Part shown: in pieces, positions 41,038-41,153 of the stretch
Position numbering within the stretch: position 1 is the stretch's first letter
How the letters are laid out: each line of letters starts with the position of its first letter
From: an uncultured Pirellulales bacterium
Lineage (GTDB): Bacteria > Planctomycetota > Phycisphaerae > Sedimentisphaerales > Anaerobacaceae
Length of the DNA stretch: 41,153 nucleotides
Reading direction: 5' to 3'
Assembly (NCBI GenBank): GCA_964399325.1
Contig: CAYNQP010000001.1
Coordinates: forward strand, 1 to 41,153
The notes under the pieces: generated by a model
What the model saw: the letters and a program-made list of their open reading frames with translations, nothing else
Told to the model about the DNA's origin: nothing
Databases searched by the model: none
Translations under genes and position numbers: made by a program

Positions 41038-41153
41038 ATCCGCTTACTCCTCTACCAAAATACCACGACGGCACACTTTCTTTCAAGGGGCTTCATTATA
41101 GCGGCCTTTGTGCATTTGGAAATGCCTCAGTCGTTTTTATCGAAAGCCCCTGG

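Noticed and set aside
1-41153. Scan for tRNA, rRNA, tmRNA, RNase P, SRP RNA, CRISPR arrays, transposases and integrases
   Set aside because: No T-loop (GGTTCGAATCC-type) context outside coding sequence, no conserved ncRNA core motifs I could recognise, no spacer-separated repeats, and no DDE, serine or tyrosine recombinase motifs in any long ORF. The visual scan is not exhaustive.

Overview
High-GC bacterial chromosomal segment. Hand counts of single 60-nt lines give about 65-70% GC in core genes and about 45-55% in two short islets. Gene content suggests a Planctomycetota/PVC-type genome; this is inference from a Tat-signal Gfo/Idh/MocA + DUF1080 + ThuA trio, a MoxR-DUF58-BatA-type operon, and a giant BlaR1-like protein with DUF1559-like modules. 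No rRNA, tRNA, CRISPR array, transposase or integrase was recognised. Layout: (1) 1-1434, end of a LolA-like gene plus a beta-barrel OMP. (2) 1509-7387, a lower-GC accessory mosaic on the minus strand: a trypsin-fold protease, a DUF4258/YgiT toxin-antitoxin pair, a VapC/Phd pair with a triple TGTACA operator, and two small conserved unknowns. A high-GC ABC ATPase/ABC-2 permease pair interrupts it. (3) 7692-10592, the oxidoreductase/DUF1080/ThuA trio. (4) 10766-22090, a tightly coupled seven-gene minus-strand operon: MoxR, DUF58, BatA-like, a 1135-aa disordered membrane protein, a VWA membrane protein, a caspase/C13-like protein lacking the expected His, and DUF4159. (5) 22249-23436, a secreted GHL-type hydrolase. 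(6) 23786-26812, a HlyD/ABC/ABC-2 exporter operon with two lesions: a frameshift in HlyD and an in-frame TAG in the permease. (7) 26978-27328, a small DMT-type membrane protein behind a REP-containing structured leader. (8) 27487-38061, the most unusual unit: a BlaI-family repressor plus a 3132-aa M56 (BlaR1-like) membrane metalloprotease. Its roughly 2700-aa post-membrane region combines a Clp_N pair, TSP3-like Ca sites, a transglutaminase-like Cys-His-Asp core, duplicated modules, LamG, carboxypeptidase-regulatory-like and parallel beta-helix domains, and its 3' end shows a reading-frame break. (9) 38157-41037, alpha-glucan phosphorylase and a small cupin. Two dispersed REP-like repeat families and two shared leader/promoter motifs are also visible. 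All family assignments come from reading motifs by eye; no database search was run.
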